This document shows positions 43,696 to 53,141 of a stretch of 64,000 bases of DNA, one piece after another. This DNA is from Oscillospiraceae bacterium (GTDB lineage Bacteria > Bacillota > Clostridia > Oscillospirales > CAG-272): assembly GCA_015064805.1 (NCBI GenBank), contig SVRN01000009.1, positions 2,614-66,613 of the forward strand, written 5' to 3'. Under the pieces are notes generated by a model that ran no database searches, was not told where the DNA came from, and worked only from the letters and a program-made list of their open reading frames with translations. The number at the start of each line of letters is the position of its first letter. Within the stretch, counting starts at the first letter, position 1. A program made the translations under genes and the position numbers.

Positions 43696-44325
43696 ATGAA
43701 AAAGTTTTTTGCCGAGTTCAAAAAATTCATCACCCGCGGCAACGTCGTGGATATGGCCGTCGGTGTTATCGTCGGTAGCTCCTTCACTGCCATCGTCAAC
43801 GCGCTGAGCAACAATATTCTCAAGCCGCTGATCAACTACCTGCTGGCTCTCATCTTCGGTGCCAACTCGCTCAGCGAGGTCTACACCTTTTTGCAGAAGG
43901 GCTACAAGGACGTGCTGGACGAAGCAGGCAACGTGATCGGTCAGGAGCTGGATCTGGCGCAGTCCATTTACATTGACTGGGGCGCGTTCATCAATGCGAT
44001 CATAAACTTCTTCCTCATTGCGCTGGTGCTGTTCACCATCGTCAAGATCATCAACGGCGTCCGCAGCAACCAGAAGAACTGGGTTGACGGTCTGGACGAT
44101 TACATCCCCTCCCGCGAGGAAAGAAAAGAGATGAAGAAGCGCGGCATCAAGATGTCCGACAAGGTTGCCGTTGCGGCGTACTATGCCGAAAAGGCTGCTG
44201 AGATCGAGGCTGAAAAGGCCGCTGCCGAGGAGAAGGCAAGACAGGAAAGACTTGCCAACCCTACGACGGAGGATCTGCTCAAGGATATTTTGAAGATTTT
44301 GAAGAATTCGGATCTCGGATCGTAA
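43696..44325 (+). CDS. mscL: large-conductance mechanosensitive channel MscL with a long C-terminal extension
   Basis: FKKFITRGNVVDMAVGVIVGSSFTAIVNAL is a canonical MscL N-terminus. The 210-aa length reflects a loop insertion and a charged A/E/K tail. Confidence 0.9.
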   Translation: MKKFFAEFKKFITRGNVVDMAVGVIVGSSFTAIVNALSNNILKPLINYLLALIFGANSLSEVYTFLQKGYKDVLDEAGNVIGQELDLAQSIYIDWGAFINAIINFFLIALVLFTIVKIINGVRSNQKNWVDGLDDYIPSREERKEMKKRGIKMSDKVAVAAYYAEKAAEIEAEKAAAEEKARQERLANPTTEDLLKDILKILKNSDLGS

Positions 44326-44336
44326 GTGATTGATAG

Positions 44337-44374
44337 AAAAACAAGCTTCCGCTACGGTGGGGGCTTGTTTTTTG
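44337..44374 (+). terminator. intrinsic terminator after mscL
   Basis: AAAAACAAGC...GCTTGTTTTTT. Confidence 0.7.
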
Positions 44375-44384
44375 TTTGGCTGTG

Positions 44385-45205
44385 GTTTGAGCGACTTCTC
44401 CTTTTGACGTTCGCACTGTGCCTGCGGCACGCGCTCGCTGTGCGGCTTTGATGCCACTTCTTGGCGCGCCCCAAGAAGTGGCGGAAGAAGGACGCCAAAG
44501 GGCCTAATGCCCTTTGGAAACCCCGAGCGCGAAAAGTCGTTCCGCTGTCGCTCCACTCATTTTTTCGCAAAAGCAAGCATCTTCAGCTTTTGCGTTGGCG
44601 TTTTTATTGAAAACGCCAACACGGAAGTCGCACGCAAGCATAAAAGCAAAAAGTTTTTGCTATCTGCTACGCCCCCAGCTCAACAAAATTTCAAACAAAA
44701 ACGATTTTGCTTTCCCCGCCTGCCACCAAAACGGGCTGTCGAGGCGCCAGCCCCTACCGAGAAAGAAAAAACTTTTTCTTCCTCCGCCTGCCGCGCGTGG
44801 TGAAAAAGCGGCGAGAGATGTAGAAAAAACATATATGTTTTTCTCCTCTATTCGCTTTGAAGCGCGGCACGGAGTGAAGAGAGGAGAGATCGCCTGCTTG
44901 CAGTAGGAAGCGGATCTTTGATCCGCTGACGCAAAAATTGCAGACGCCACAACGCCTTTTGGTAACCACCAAAAGATAGTGAAAGCGAAAAGTCTTGCGG
45001 GTTTCTTAAGGGCATTAGGCCCTTAAGTCCTCTTTCTTGGTTCGTTCTTTCTCGGATGAGAAAGAATGAACATCTACGCTACACAGATCAGCACGCACCG
45101 CAGGCGCGCAGTATGATCGTCCGTAGAAAAAGTTGTAAAAAGTCTGGCAATTTCTTTTGCGCGCAGCAGTACGCGCGCGGGTAGGAGAAGTTGTTCAAAA
45201 TCCCC
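44385..45205 (-). repeat. HME copy 10 (reverse orientation, with E and REP-2 modules) plus an extra solo end
   Basis: REP-2 lies at 44733-44757 and REP-3 at 44903-44928. A second, isolated end unit lies at about 45147-45205. Confidence 0.85.
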
Positions 45206-45226
45206 CATATTTATATCTTTTTCATG

Positions 45227-45255
45227 TTGACTTTTTCTCGAAAATAGAGTACAAT
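45227..45255 (+). promoter_or_regulatory. sigma-A-type promoter for the OB-fold lipoprotein gene
   Basis: TTGACT, 17-nt spacer, TACAAT. Confidence 0.6.
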
Positions 45256-45288
45256 AGTCGTATCTTGTAAAAAAGAAAGAGGAATACT

Positions 45289-47373
45289 ATGAAGCTTACG
45301 AAAATTCTCTCCCTTCTGCTCGCGTTGCTCATGCTCGTCAGCATGATCGCCTGCACCCCCGAGACCCCTGACACCCCCGACGATGAAAAGCCCGACGTCG
45401 ATCAGCCCGGTGATGAAAAACCGGATGACGAAAAGCCCGAGGACAAATATGAAACCATCACCATCGCCCAGGCGCTTGAGCTATGCGGCGAGGTCGGTAA
45501 CATCACCACCGAGCGCTACTACATCCGCGCCAAGATCAAGACCATTGTCAACGCCGCCTACGGCCAGATGATCATCGAGGACGAAACGGGCGAGATCTCC
45601 GTTTACGGCACCTACAGCGCCGACGGCGAGATCAACTACAGCGCCATGGACGAAAAGCCCTACAAGGGTGACGAGGTCCTGCTTCATTGTATTCTCCAGA
45701 ACTATAACGGCACCAAGGAAGTCAAAAACGCCCGTCTGATCGAGTTCAAGAAGAACGACGCGGTCGTTGACCTCACTGCCTACACCACCGCCACCATCGC
45801 CGAGGCCAGAGCGGCCGCTGTCGGTGCCAAGGTCAAGGTCAGTGGCGTGGTTGCCGCCATCACCTACGCCAACGGCATGAAGCCCATCGGTTTCGTGCTG
45901 GTCGATAACACCCAGTCCATCTACGTCTACGGCGGTGACGCTACCCAGCAGGTCGCCGTTGGTAATAAGGTCGAGCTGGCCGCTTCCAAGACCTATTGGG
46001 TCCTGGGCGACGAGCAGGGCCTGGCCGATAAGTTCGGCTACAAGGGCTGTAACCAGCTCGAGGACGCGTATCTCGTTTCCAACGACAAGAAGACGGACAA
46101 CGTCTTTGATAAGAGCTGGATCCAGGAAAGCACCGTCAAGGACATGCTGGAAGCGCCCGTGACCGAGGACACCACCACCATCATCCGCAAGGTCAACGCC
46201 CTGGTAAGCAAGCGCCCCGGTAACGGCTTCACCAACTACTATTTCAACGATCTGGACGGTACGACGGGTACCTACACCTACACCCAGTGCAACGGCTCTG
46301 ATTTCTCTTGGCTGGACCAGTTCGATGGCAAGATCTGCACCGTCTATCTCATGATCCTCAACGCCAAGTCCACCCAGTCGGGCTGCGTCTATCGCTTCCT
46401 GCCCGTCGCTGTCGAGGACAACGGCTATACCTTTGATAAGAACGGCGCGGCTGAGTTTGCGGTCAAGTACCACGGCCTGACCCAGTTCCTGCCTACCTAT
46501 TCGGGCAATCCCGCGCTCGAGATGACCACGAGCGTTTCCTCCGAGCTGCTTGGCTTTGAAAACGCAACGCTGAGCTACAGCTCCGACAACGAATCTGTCG
46601 TCAAGTTCGTTCCCGTCGGCGACAAGCTGATCATGAACTGCCTGGGCGCAGGCAAGGCGACCGTCACCGTCAAGGGCGCGTACGGCGGCAAGGAATACAG
46701 CGAGACGTTTGAGATTTCCGTAGTGCTCAACGAGGACGTCGATTACGTCAACGTTGCAGGCGCCATCGCCGCCAACAAGGGCGACACCGTGACCGTCAAG
46801 GGCATCGTTGGTCCTTCTCTGGTCAACAAGACCGGCTTCTACCTTATCGATGAAACGGGCGTGATCGCCGTTCAGACGGATGCCGAGACCATGGCAACGC
46901 TGCAGATCGGTCACGAGGTGATCCTTGAGGCGGTCCGTCACATCAACACCAAGGGCGGCACCAACTACTATGGCCAGACCTGCCTGAACGACGCCAAGGT
47001 CGTTTCCAATGCCTACGGCAAGCACGAGTATTCCACTGCTACCTTTGTGTCGGACAAGACGCTCAAGCAGGTTTATGATCTGAATCCCATGACCGACTAT
47101 ACCACGACCGTTTTCGTGCTGAAGGCGACCGTCACGGTAGAGGAGGCACAGTATTACACCAACATTTACCTGACCGATGGCAACGGTACTCAGCTGCGTC
47201 TGTATTGCTCCAATGCCGGTCAGTACGGCTGGCTCAAGGCGTTTGCGGGACAGGAGGTCACGGTTGAGGTTGCGGCTTGTAACTGGAACGATAAAAACTA
47301 TTACACCGGTTGCGTGCTGGCCGTGATTACCAACGAGGGTAAGATCTGCAACGAGCTGAACTTCTCAAAATGA
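45289..47373 (+). CDS. surface lipoprotein with multiple OB-fold-like domains and one Ig-like (Big_2-like) domain
   Basis: Lipobox LVSMIAC and a DEKPD linker. The domain YYIRAKIKTIVNAAYGQMIIEDETGEISVYGTYSADG...GDEVLLHCILQNYNGTKEVKNARL is homologous to the repeats in 54572-58006. Confidence 0.85.
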   Translation: MKLTKILSLLLALLMLVSMIACTPETPDTPDDEKPDVDQPGDEKPDDEKPEDKYETITIAQALELCGEVGNITTERYYIRAKIKTIVNAAYGQMIIEDETGEISVYGTYSADGEINYSAMDEKPYKGDEVLLHCILQNYNGTKEVKNARLIEFKKNDAVVDLTAYTTATIAEARAAAVGAKVKVSGVVAAITYANGMKPIGFVLVDNTQSIYVYGGDATQQVAVGNKVELAASKTYWVLGDEQGLADKFGYKGCNQLEDAYLVSNDKKTDNVFDKSWIQESTVKDMLEAPVTEDTTTIIRKVNALVSKRPGNGFTNYYFNDLDGTTGTYTYTQCNGSDFSWLDQFDGKICTVYLMILNAKSTQSGCVYRFLPVAVEDNGYTFDKNGAAEFAVKYHGLTQFLPTYSGNPALEMTTSVSSELLGFENATLSYSSDNESVVKFVPVGDKLIMNCLGAGKATVTVKGAYGGKEYSETFEISVVLNEDVDYVNVAGAIAANKGDTVTVKGIVGPSLVNKTGFYLIDETGVIAVQTDAETMATLQIGHEVILEAVRHINTKGGTNYYGQTCLNDAKVVSNAYGKHEYSTATFVSDKTLKQVYDLNPMTDYTTTVFVLKATVTVEEAQYYTNIYLTDGNGTQLRLYCSNAGQYGWLKAFAGQEVTVEVAACNWNDKNYYTGCVLAVITNEGKICNELNFSK

Positions 47374-47390
47374 GATAACTGAATGATTTT

Positions 47391-47429
47391 ACAGCGGCAT
47401 CGCACGAGAATGCGGTGCCGCTGTTTTTT
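47391..47429 (+). terminator. intrinsic terminator after the OB-fold lipoprotein gene
   Basis: ACAGCGGCATCGCA...TGCGGTGCCGCTGT, then TTTTTT. Confidence 0.75.
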
Positions 47430-47652
47430 CGCAAACGCAAAAGCTGAAGATGCCCACCTTCGCGCAAATATGAGCGAAGTGAAACGTAGCGACGTTTGCG
47501 CGTTGCGGGAATCCAAAGGGCATTAGGCCCTTTGGCGCGTTTCTTCCGCCACTTCTTGCCGCGTAGCAAGAAGTGGCATAATAAGCTGAACAGCGAGCGC
47601 GTGCCGCAGGCACAGGGCAAGCGTCAAAAGAAGAAGTGGTGAGGAATTTCAC
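47430..47652 (+). repeat. HME copy 11 (right half only)
   Basis: Only the J module, the K hairpin, the C hairpin and the end are present. Confidence 0.8.
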
Positions 47653-47756
47653 CCCCTTCCTCCCCCCTTTTCCCCCGTGGTCATAAACGCCAAAAAACAC
47701 CCCCTTTTTTTGTCACTTTCGCCATGCTTTTTTGCCGAAAAATCTCGAAAATATCA

Positions 47757-47785
47757 TTGATTTTATCACGGAATTGTGGTACAAT
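47757..47785 (+). promoter_or_regulatory. sigma-A-type promoter for the RDD gene / ABC locus
   Basis: TTGATT, 17-nt spacer, TACAAT, with TGG as an extended -10. Confidence 0.55.
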
Positions 47786-47849
47786 ATCTATGCATGTATA
47801 TTAATATGTAATCTTTTGCACGGACCGTGCCTGAAAAGGGGAATTACCC

Positions 47850-48611
47850 ATGATGCTTGATCTGCAAAAAGCGAGCGTGCTCAAACGCGTCTCGGCTTTT
47901 CTTTTGGATATCATATTGCTGCTGATCCTGATTACGGGATTTGCCTTCGTTATGTCGGTCGTTACAGGCTACGACGGCTATAACGAGCGCCTGGAGGCCG
48001 TGGAGCAAACGTACGAGGAGAAATACGGCGTTTCCTTTGATATCTCGGAAGAAGAATACAACAAAATGACCGAGGATCAGCGCAAATACTTCGACGAAGC
48101 CTATGCGGAATTTGCCAAGGACGAAGACGCGCTTTACCTCTACAATATGCAGTTTAATCTGATCCTGATGATCTCCACCGTCAGCATCCTGCTCGCCTAC
48201 GTCGTGCTGGAGCTGATTTTGCCGCTCGTCTTCAAAAACGGCCAGACCGTCGGCAAAAAGATCTTCGGCATCGCCCTCGTGCACACCAACGGCGTCCGCC
48301 TTTCGACTCTGGCGCTGTTCGTCCGTACCGTCCTGGGCAAATTCACGCTTGAGACCATGATTCCCGTGTATATCTTCATCATGGCCTTGTTCGGAACGCT
48401 GGGTCTGACGGGCACCATCATGCTGCTGCTCATTCTCGTGCTGCAGATCGGCGTGATCCTCATTACCAAGACCAATTCCTGCATCCACGACCTGTTGGCG
48501 AACACCGTCGCGGTCGACCTCTCCTCCCAGATGATCTTCGACTCCGTTGACGATATGAACGAATACAAAAAGAAGATCCACGCCGAGCAGGTCAAAAACG
48601 CGGACTATTGA
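47850..48611 (+). CDS. RDD-family membrane protein
   Basis: KRVSAFLLDIILLLIL start and three to four TM segments. The family call is from memory. Confidence 0.6.
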   Translation: MMLDLQKASVLKRVSAFLLDIILLLILITGFAFVMSVVTGYDGYNERLEAVEQTYEEKYGVSFDISEEEYNKMTEDQRKYFDEAYAEFAKDEDALYLYNMQFNLILMISTVSILLAYVVLELILPLVFKNGQTVGKKIFGIALVHTNGVRLSTLALFVRTVLGKFTLETMIPVYIFIMALFGTLGLTGTIMLLLILVLQIGVILITKTNSCIHDLLANTVAVDLSSQMIFDSVDDMNEYKKKIHAEQVKNADY

Positions 48612-48677
48612 CCCGCACCCCACGTTGAGATTCAATAAATTAAAAATAAATTTTTCAATTCAAGAAAGGGTTTTTGT

Positions 48678-49769
48678 ATGAAGGTTGTTTTGCAAAATTT
48701 GACAAAGATCTTCCCCAGCCGCAACAAGAAATCGAATGAAGAGGTTGTTGCGGTCAACGACTTTACTTTTGAGATTCCCGACGGAAAGCTCATCGGCTTG
48801 CTCGGCCCCTCCGGCTGCGGTAAGAGTACGACGCTGTATATGATCAGCGGTCTGCAGAAGCCGACGGGCGGTAAGATCTTCTTTGGCGACGACGACGTGA
48901 CCGAGCTGTCGCCCGAGAACAGAGGCATTGGTCTTGTGTTCCAGAACTACGCGCTGTACCCCCACATGACGGTCATGCAGAACATCATGTTCCCGCTGCA
49001 GAACCTCAAGGGCGCCGACAAGATGGACAAGAGCACCATGATCGAGCGTGCTTATCAGGCAGCCAAGCTCGTTCAGATCGACGAGCTGATGGACCGTAAG
49101 CCCAGCGAGCTGTCGGGTGGTCAGCAGCAGAGAGTTGCGATCGCACGTGCGCTGGTCAAGATGCCTAAGGTACTGCTGCTCGACGAGCCGCTGTCCAACC
49201 TGGACGCAAGACTGCGTCTGCAGACGCGCGAGGAGATCCGCCGCATCCAGAAGGAAACGGGCATCACCACCATCTTCGTTACCCACGACCAGGAAGAGGC
49301 CATGTCCATTTCCGATATGATCGTCGTTATGAAGCTGGGCGTGCTGCAGCAGATCGGTAAGCCTCAGGAGGTTTACGACGATCCCGCAAACCTGTTCGTC
49401 GCCAAGTTCCTGGGTACGCCTCCCATCAACGTATTCAATGGTGAGGTCAAGGACGGTAAGCTGTATATCGGCGAAGAGGCCGTTTTGGACGTTGCGGGCG
49501 TTGAGGACCAGAAGGTCACCGTCGGCATCCGTCCCGAGGGCTTTGTCGTAGATGAAAACGGTCCTCTGACCTGCAACCTCAATAACGTTGAGATCATGGG
49601 CCGCGACGTCAGCGTCGTTTCGACCAACGAGTCCTCCCAGAACCCCGTCATCCGTTCTATCGTCGATTCGGATACCAAGATCGCCGCAGCAGAAACGGTA
49701 CGCTTCTCGCTCAAGCCGCACAAGGTATTCCTGTTCAACGTAGAAACGGAAGAACGCATCCGCTTTTGA
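48678..49769 (+). CDS. CUT1-type ABC importer ATP-binding subunit (MsmX/UgpC-like)
   Basis: GPSGCGKST, LSGGQQQRVAIARA, LLLDEPLSNLD, plus a C-terminal TOBE-like domain. Confidence 0.93.
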   Translation: MKVVLQNLTKIFPSRNKKSNEEVVAVNDFTFEIPDGKLIGLLGPSGCGKSTTLYMISGLQKPTGGKIFFGDDDVTELSPENRGIGLVFQNYALYPHMTVMQNIMFPLQNLKGADKMDKSTMIERAYQAAKLVQIDELMDRKPSELSGGQQQRVAIARALVKMPKVLLLDEPLSNLDARLRLQTREEIRRIQKETGITTIFVTHDQEEAMSISDMIVVMKLGVLQQIGKPQEVYDDPANLFVAKFLGTPPINVFNGEVKDGKLYIGEEAVLDVAGVEDQKVTVGIRPEGFVVDENGPLTCNLNNVEIMGRDVSVVSTNESSQNPVIRSIVDSDTKIAAAETVRFSLKPHKVFLFNVETEERIRF

Positions 49770-49780
49770 GGTGACGCGCT

Positions 49781-50722
49781 ATGGTAGAAAGTAAAAACTC
49801 ATGGAAAGCGTGGATCTACCTGTCGCCCGCCATCGTGCTGCTGCTCGTTTTCACCGCTTGGCCGATCGTTAACACGGTCCGCATGGCGTTCCTTGAAAAC
49901 TACAGCTCCATGGGCGCCGCAGGTGGTATTACCTATCAGTTTGGCATTGGCAACTTCGTGCAGGTCCTTCAATATGATAAGTTTATCACCTGCCTGGTCA
50001 ATACCATGTTGCTTTGCGTGCTGACGGTTCCGATCTCGACGCTGCTTGCGCTGATCATCGCCGTATGCCTCAACGCCATCAGACCCTTCCAGCGTCTGCT
50101 TCAGACCATTTTCTTCCTTCCCTACGTAACCAACTCCATCGCCATCGGTATGGTATTCGCCGCCATGTTCAACATGATCGGTAATAACTTCGGCGGCGAG
50201 AACGAGCTGATCATTACTGCGGGTATCGTTAACAGCGTCATCGAGTTCTTTGGCGGCGAGCCCATCAACTGGATCAACGCCGGCTCGAGCTATTTCCATA
50301 ATATGTTCGTTATGGTCGTTTACATCGTGTGGAACGCCCTGCCCTTCAAGATCCTCGTCCTTCTGGGCGGCTTGCAGAGCGTCAACAAGCAGTACTACGA
50401 GGCGGCAAAGGTGGACGGTACCTCCCGTCTGCGCACCTTCACCCGCATCACGGTGCCGCTGCTCTCTCCCATGATCGCTTACGTCGTGATCACCGGCTTC
50501 ATCGGTGGCTTTAAGGAATATTCCAGCATCGTTGGTATTTTCGGCGAAGATATGGGTCCCACCGGTGACCCTCGCCGTCTGAATACCATGGTTGGATTTA
50601 TCTACGACTCCCTGAGCAACCACCAGGGACGTGCGAGCGCTGCCGCACTGATTCTCTTTGGTATCATCTTTATCGTTACCATGATCAATCTGTACGTCAG
50701 CAAGAAAAAGACCCATTATTAA
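49781..50722 (+). CDS. ABC importer permease (MalF/UgpA-like)
   Basis: Six TM segments and the EAA loop YYEAAKVDGTSRLRTFTRITVPLL. Confidence 0.9.
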   Translation: MVESKNSWKAWIYLSPAIVLLLVFTAWPIVNTVRMAFLENYSSMGAAGGITYQFGIGNFVQVLQYDKFITCLVNTMLLCVLTVPISTLLALIIAVCLNAIRPFQRLLQTIFFLPYVTNSIAIGMVFAAMFNMIGNNFGGENELIITAGIVNSVIEFFGGEPINWINAGSSYFHNMFVMVVYIVWNALPFKILVLLGGLQSVNKQYYEAAKVDGTSRLRTFTRITVPLLSPMIAYVVITGFIGGFKEYSSIVGIFGEDMGPTGDPRRLNTMVGFIYDSLSNHQGRASAAALILFGIIFIVTMINLYVSKKKTHY

Positions 50723-50734
50723 GGAGGTGACGAT

Positions 50735-51640
50735 ATGACTGAACAAAAGACTGTAACCATGCAGGAAAGAGATATGCAAAAGGTCAACGTCCGTCAGCGC
50801 GTCGTTAAGATCGCGGTGCAGATCATGCTGTACACCTTCCTTGTCCTGATGGCTCTGATTATTCTGTTCCCCTTCTACTTTATGCTCGTCTCCTCCGTCA
50901 AGAGCCTGGCTGAGTATAAAGAGCCCATCGTGTCGTTCGCACAAACGCTTTGGCCGCGAAAGGTCATCCTTTACAACTACGTTGAGGCCTTCAAAACCGC
51001 CAACCTTGGCCGTCTGTTCCTCAACACCATGTACGTCGGTATCGTTTCCACGCTGCTCTCTCTCGTCATCACCGTGCTGACCGCCTTCGCGTTCGCACGT
51101 CTGGAGTTCAAGGGCAAGAACGCGCTGTTTGCCGCTCTGCTTGCGACCATGATGATCCCCGGTGAGCTGTTTACCATCACCAACTACGCGACGGTCAGCG
51201 CCTTGCATTGGAAAAATACCTATACGGTACTGATCGTTCCCTTCCTCGTCAGCGTCTTCTACATCTACCTGCTCCGCCAGAACTTCTTGCAGATCCCCAA
51301 CGAGCTGTATCTGGCCGCCAAGGTAGACGGTACGAGCGATCTGAAATATCTGTGGAAGGTCATGATCCCGCTGGCACTCCCCTCGCTCATCTCCATCACC
51401 ATTCTGAAAATGATGGGCGCGTGGAACTCCTACGTCTGGCCCCGACTGGTCGCTAACGACGAGGCATACCACCTGATCACCAACGGTCTGCGTAATGCCT
51501 TTACCGATGCGAAGGGTGAGGTCAATATCCCCGTTCAGATGGCCGCCGTTGCCATCGTATCCTTCCCGCTGTTCCTCGTCTTCATCTTCCTGCGTAAGTA
51601 TATTATGAAGGGCGTTTCGAGAAGCGGTATCAAGGGTTGA
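50735..51640 (+). CDS. ABC importer permease (MalG/UgpE-like)
   Basis: EAA loop LYLAAKVDGTSDLKYLWKVMIPLALP. Confidence 0.9.
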   Translation: MTEQKTVTMQERDMQKVNVRQRVVKIAVQIMLYTFLVLMALIILFPFYFMLVSSVKSLAEYKEPIVSFAQTLWPRKVILYNYVEAFKTANLGRLFLNTMYVGIVSTLLSLVITVLTAFAFARLEFKGKNALFAALLATMMIPGELFTITNYATVSALHWKNTYTVLIVPFLVSVFYIYLLRQNFLQIPNELYLAAKVDGTSDLKYLWKVMIPLALPSLISITILKMMGAWNSYVWPRLVANDEAYHLITNGLRNAFTDAKGEVNIPVQMAAVAIVSFPLFLVFIFLRKYIMKGVSRSGIKG

Positions 51641-51713
51641 TCGATAATAACAGTCCCCCCGACTGATTATTATACAAATATTTTTCAAACAAAAGAAAGA
51701 GAGGATTCTAATT

Positions 51714-53135
51714 GTGAAAACAAGAATCGTATCGCTGGTGTTGGCCATCGTTATGGTCATGGCTTCGCTGTTTACGTTTGCTGCGTGCAACCCCAACCAG
51801 CAGGCCGGTGACGTAACCGAGTTCAATTTCGACACCGAAACTCCGGTGACTATCACCTTCTACCACACCATGGGCGAGGCTCTGCGCACCGTCCTGGACA
51901 AGTACATCGTTGAATTCAACAAGCTGTACCCCAACATCACCGTTGAGCACAAGCAGGTCGGCGGCTACGACGACGTTCGCGAGCAGATCAAGACGGAGAT
52001 CACCGTCGGTGACCAGCCCAACATCGCTTACTGCTATCCCGACCACGTAGCGCTCTACAACGTTGCTCAGGCCGTTCAGACGTTGGACGATCTGATCGCT
52101 TCCACCGAGACCGTAACCCGCGCTGACGGCACCACCGAGCAGCTGGGCCTGACGCAGCAGCAGATCGACAACTTCATCGACGGCTACTACAACGAGGGTA
52201 AGCAGTTCGGTGACGGCAAGATGTACACGCTGCCTATGTCCAAGTCCACCGAGGTCCTCTACTACAACAAGACCTTCTTTGACGATCATCCCGACCTCAA
52301 GGTTCCCACCACCTGGGACGAGCTGGAGGAGACCTGCGCAAAGATCAAGGAGATCGACCCCAAGAGCATTCCTCTGGGCTACGACTCCGAGGCAAACTGG
52401 TTCATCACCATGTGCGAGCAGTACGGCTCTCCCTACACCAGCGCAACCGGTGAGCACTTCCTGTTCGATAACGAGGTCAACCGCGGCTTCGTCGCAGAGT
52501 TCCGTGAATGGTACAAGAAGGGCTACGTAACCACCCAGGAGATCTCCGGCGGTTACACCTCTGCTCTGTTCACCAAGGATCCCGCTGAGGAAGGTAACTG
52601 CTACATGTGCATCGGTTCCTCTGCAGGTGCAAACCACCAGATCCCCAAGAACGACGACGGTTCCTTCAAGTTCGAGGTTGGTATCACCTCCATTCCTCAG
52701 GTCAACGCTGAAGCTCCCAAGGTTATCTCTCAGGGTCCTTCGCTGTGCATCTTCAAGAAGGTTAACGCTCAGGAGGTTCTCGCTTCCTGGCTGTTCGTCA
52801 AGTTCCTGACCACCACCGTTGACTTCCAGGCTGAATTCGGTATGACCTCCGGCTACGTTCCCGTACTGGAAAACGTTACCGATAACGCTGTTTACGCAGA
52901 AGAGCTCAAGCACGCCAACGGTTACGAGGGCCTGGCTCTGCTGTCCACCAAGGTATGCCTTGAGCAGGTCGACGCTTACTACACCTCCCCCGCATTCAAC
53001 GGTTCTTCCACCGCTCGTGACGAGGTTGGTAAGCTGATGCAGGTATGTCTGACCACCTCCGAGAGCGACGTTGCCGCTGCCATCAAGGCTGCGTTCGAGG
53101 CCGCTGTCGCTGAGTGTGAGTATCAGGCAGACTAA
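51714..53135 (+). CDS. extracellular solute-binding lipoprotein (family 1)
   Basis: GTG start behind AGAGAGGA, lipobox FTFAAC, size typical of CUT1 binding proteins. Confidence 0.85.
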   Translation: MKTRIVSLVLAIVMVMASLFTFAACNPNQQAGDVTEFNFDTETPVTITFYHTMGEALRTVLDKYIVEFNKLYPNITVEHKQVGGYDDVREQIKTEITVGDQPNIAYCYPDHVALYNVAQAVQTLDDLIASTETVTRADGTTEQLGLTQQQIDNFIDGYYNEGKQFGDGKMYTLPMSKSTEVLYYNKTFFDDHPDLKVPTTWDELEETCAKIKEIDPKSIPLGYDSEANWFITMCEQYGSPYTSATGEHFLFDNEVNRGFVAEFREWYKKGYVTTQEISGGYTSALFTKDPAEEGNCYMCIGSSAGANHQIPKNDDGSFKFEVGITSIPQVNAEAPKVISQGPSLCIFKKVNAQEVLASWLFVKFLTTTVDFQAEFGMTSGYVPVLENVTDNAVYAEELKHANGYEGLALLSTKVCLEQVDAYYTSPAFNGSSTARDEVGKLMQVCLTTSESDVAAAIKAAFEAAVAECEYQAD

Positions 53136-53141
53136 TTTCTT

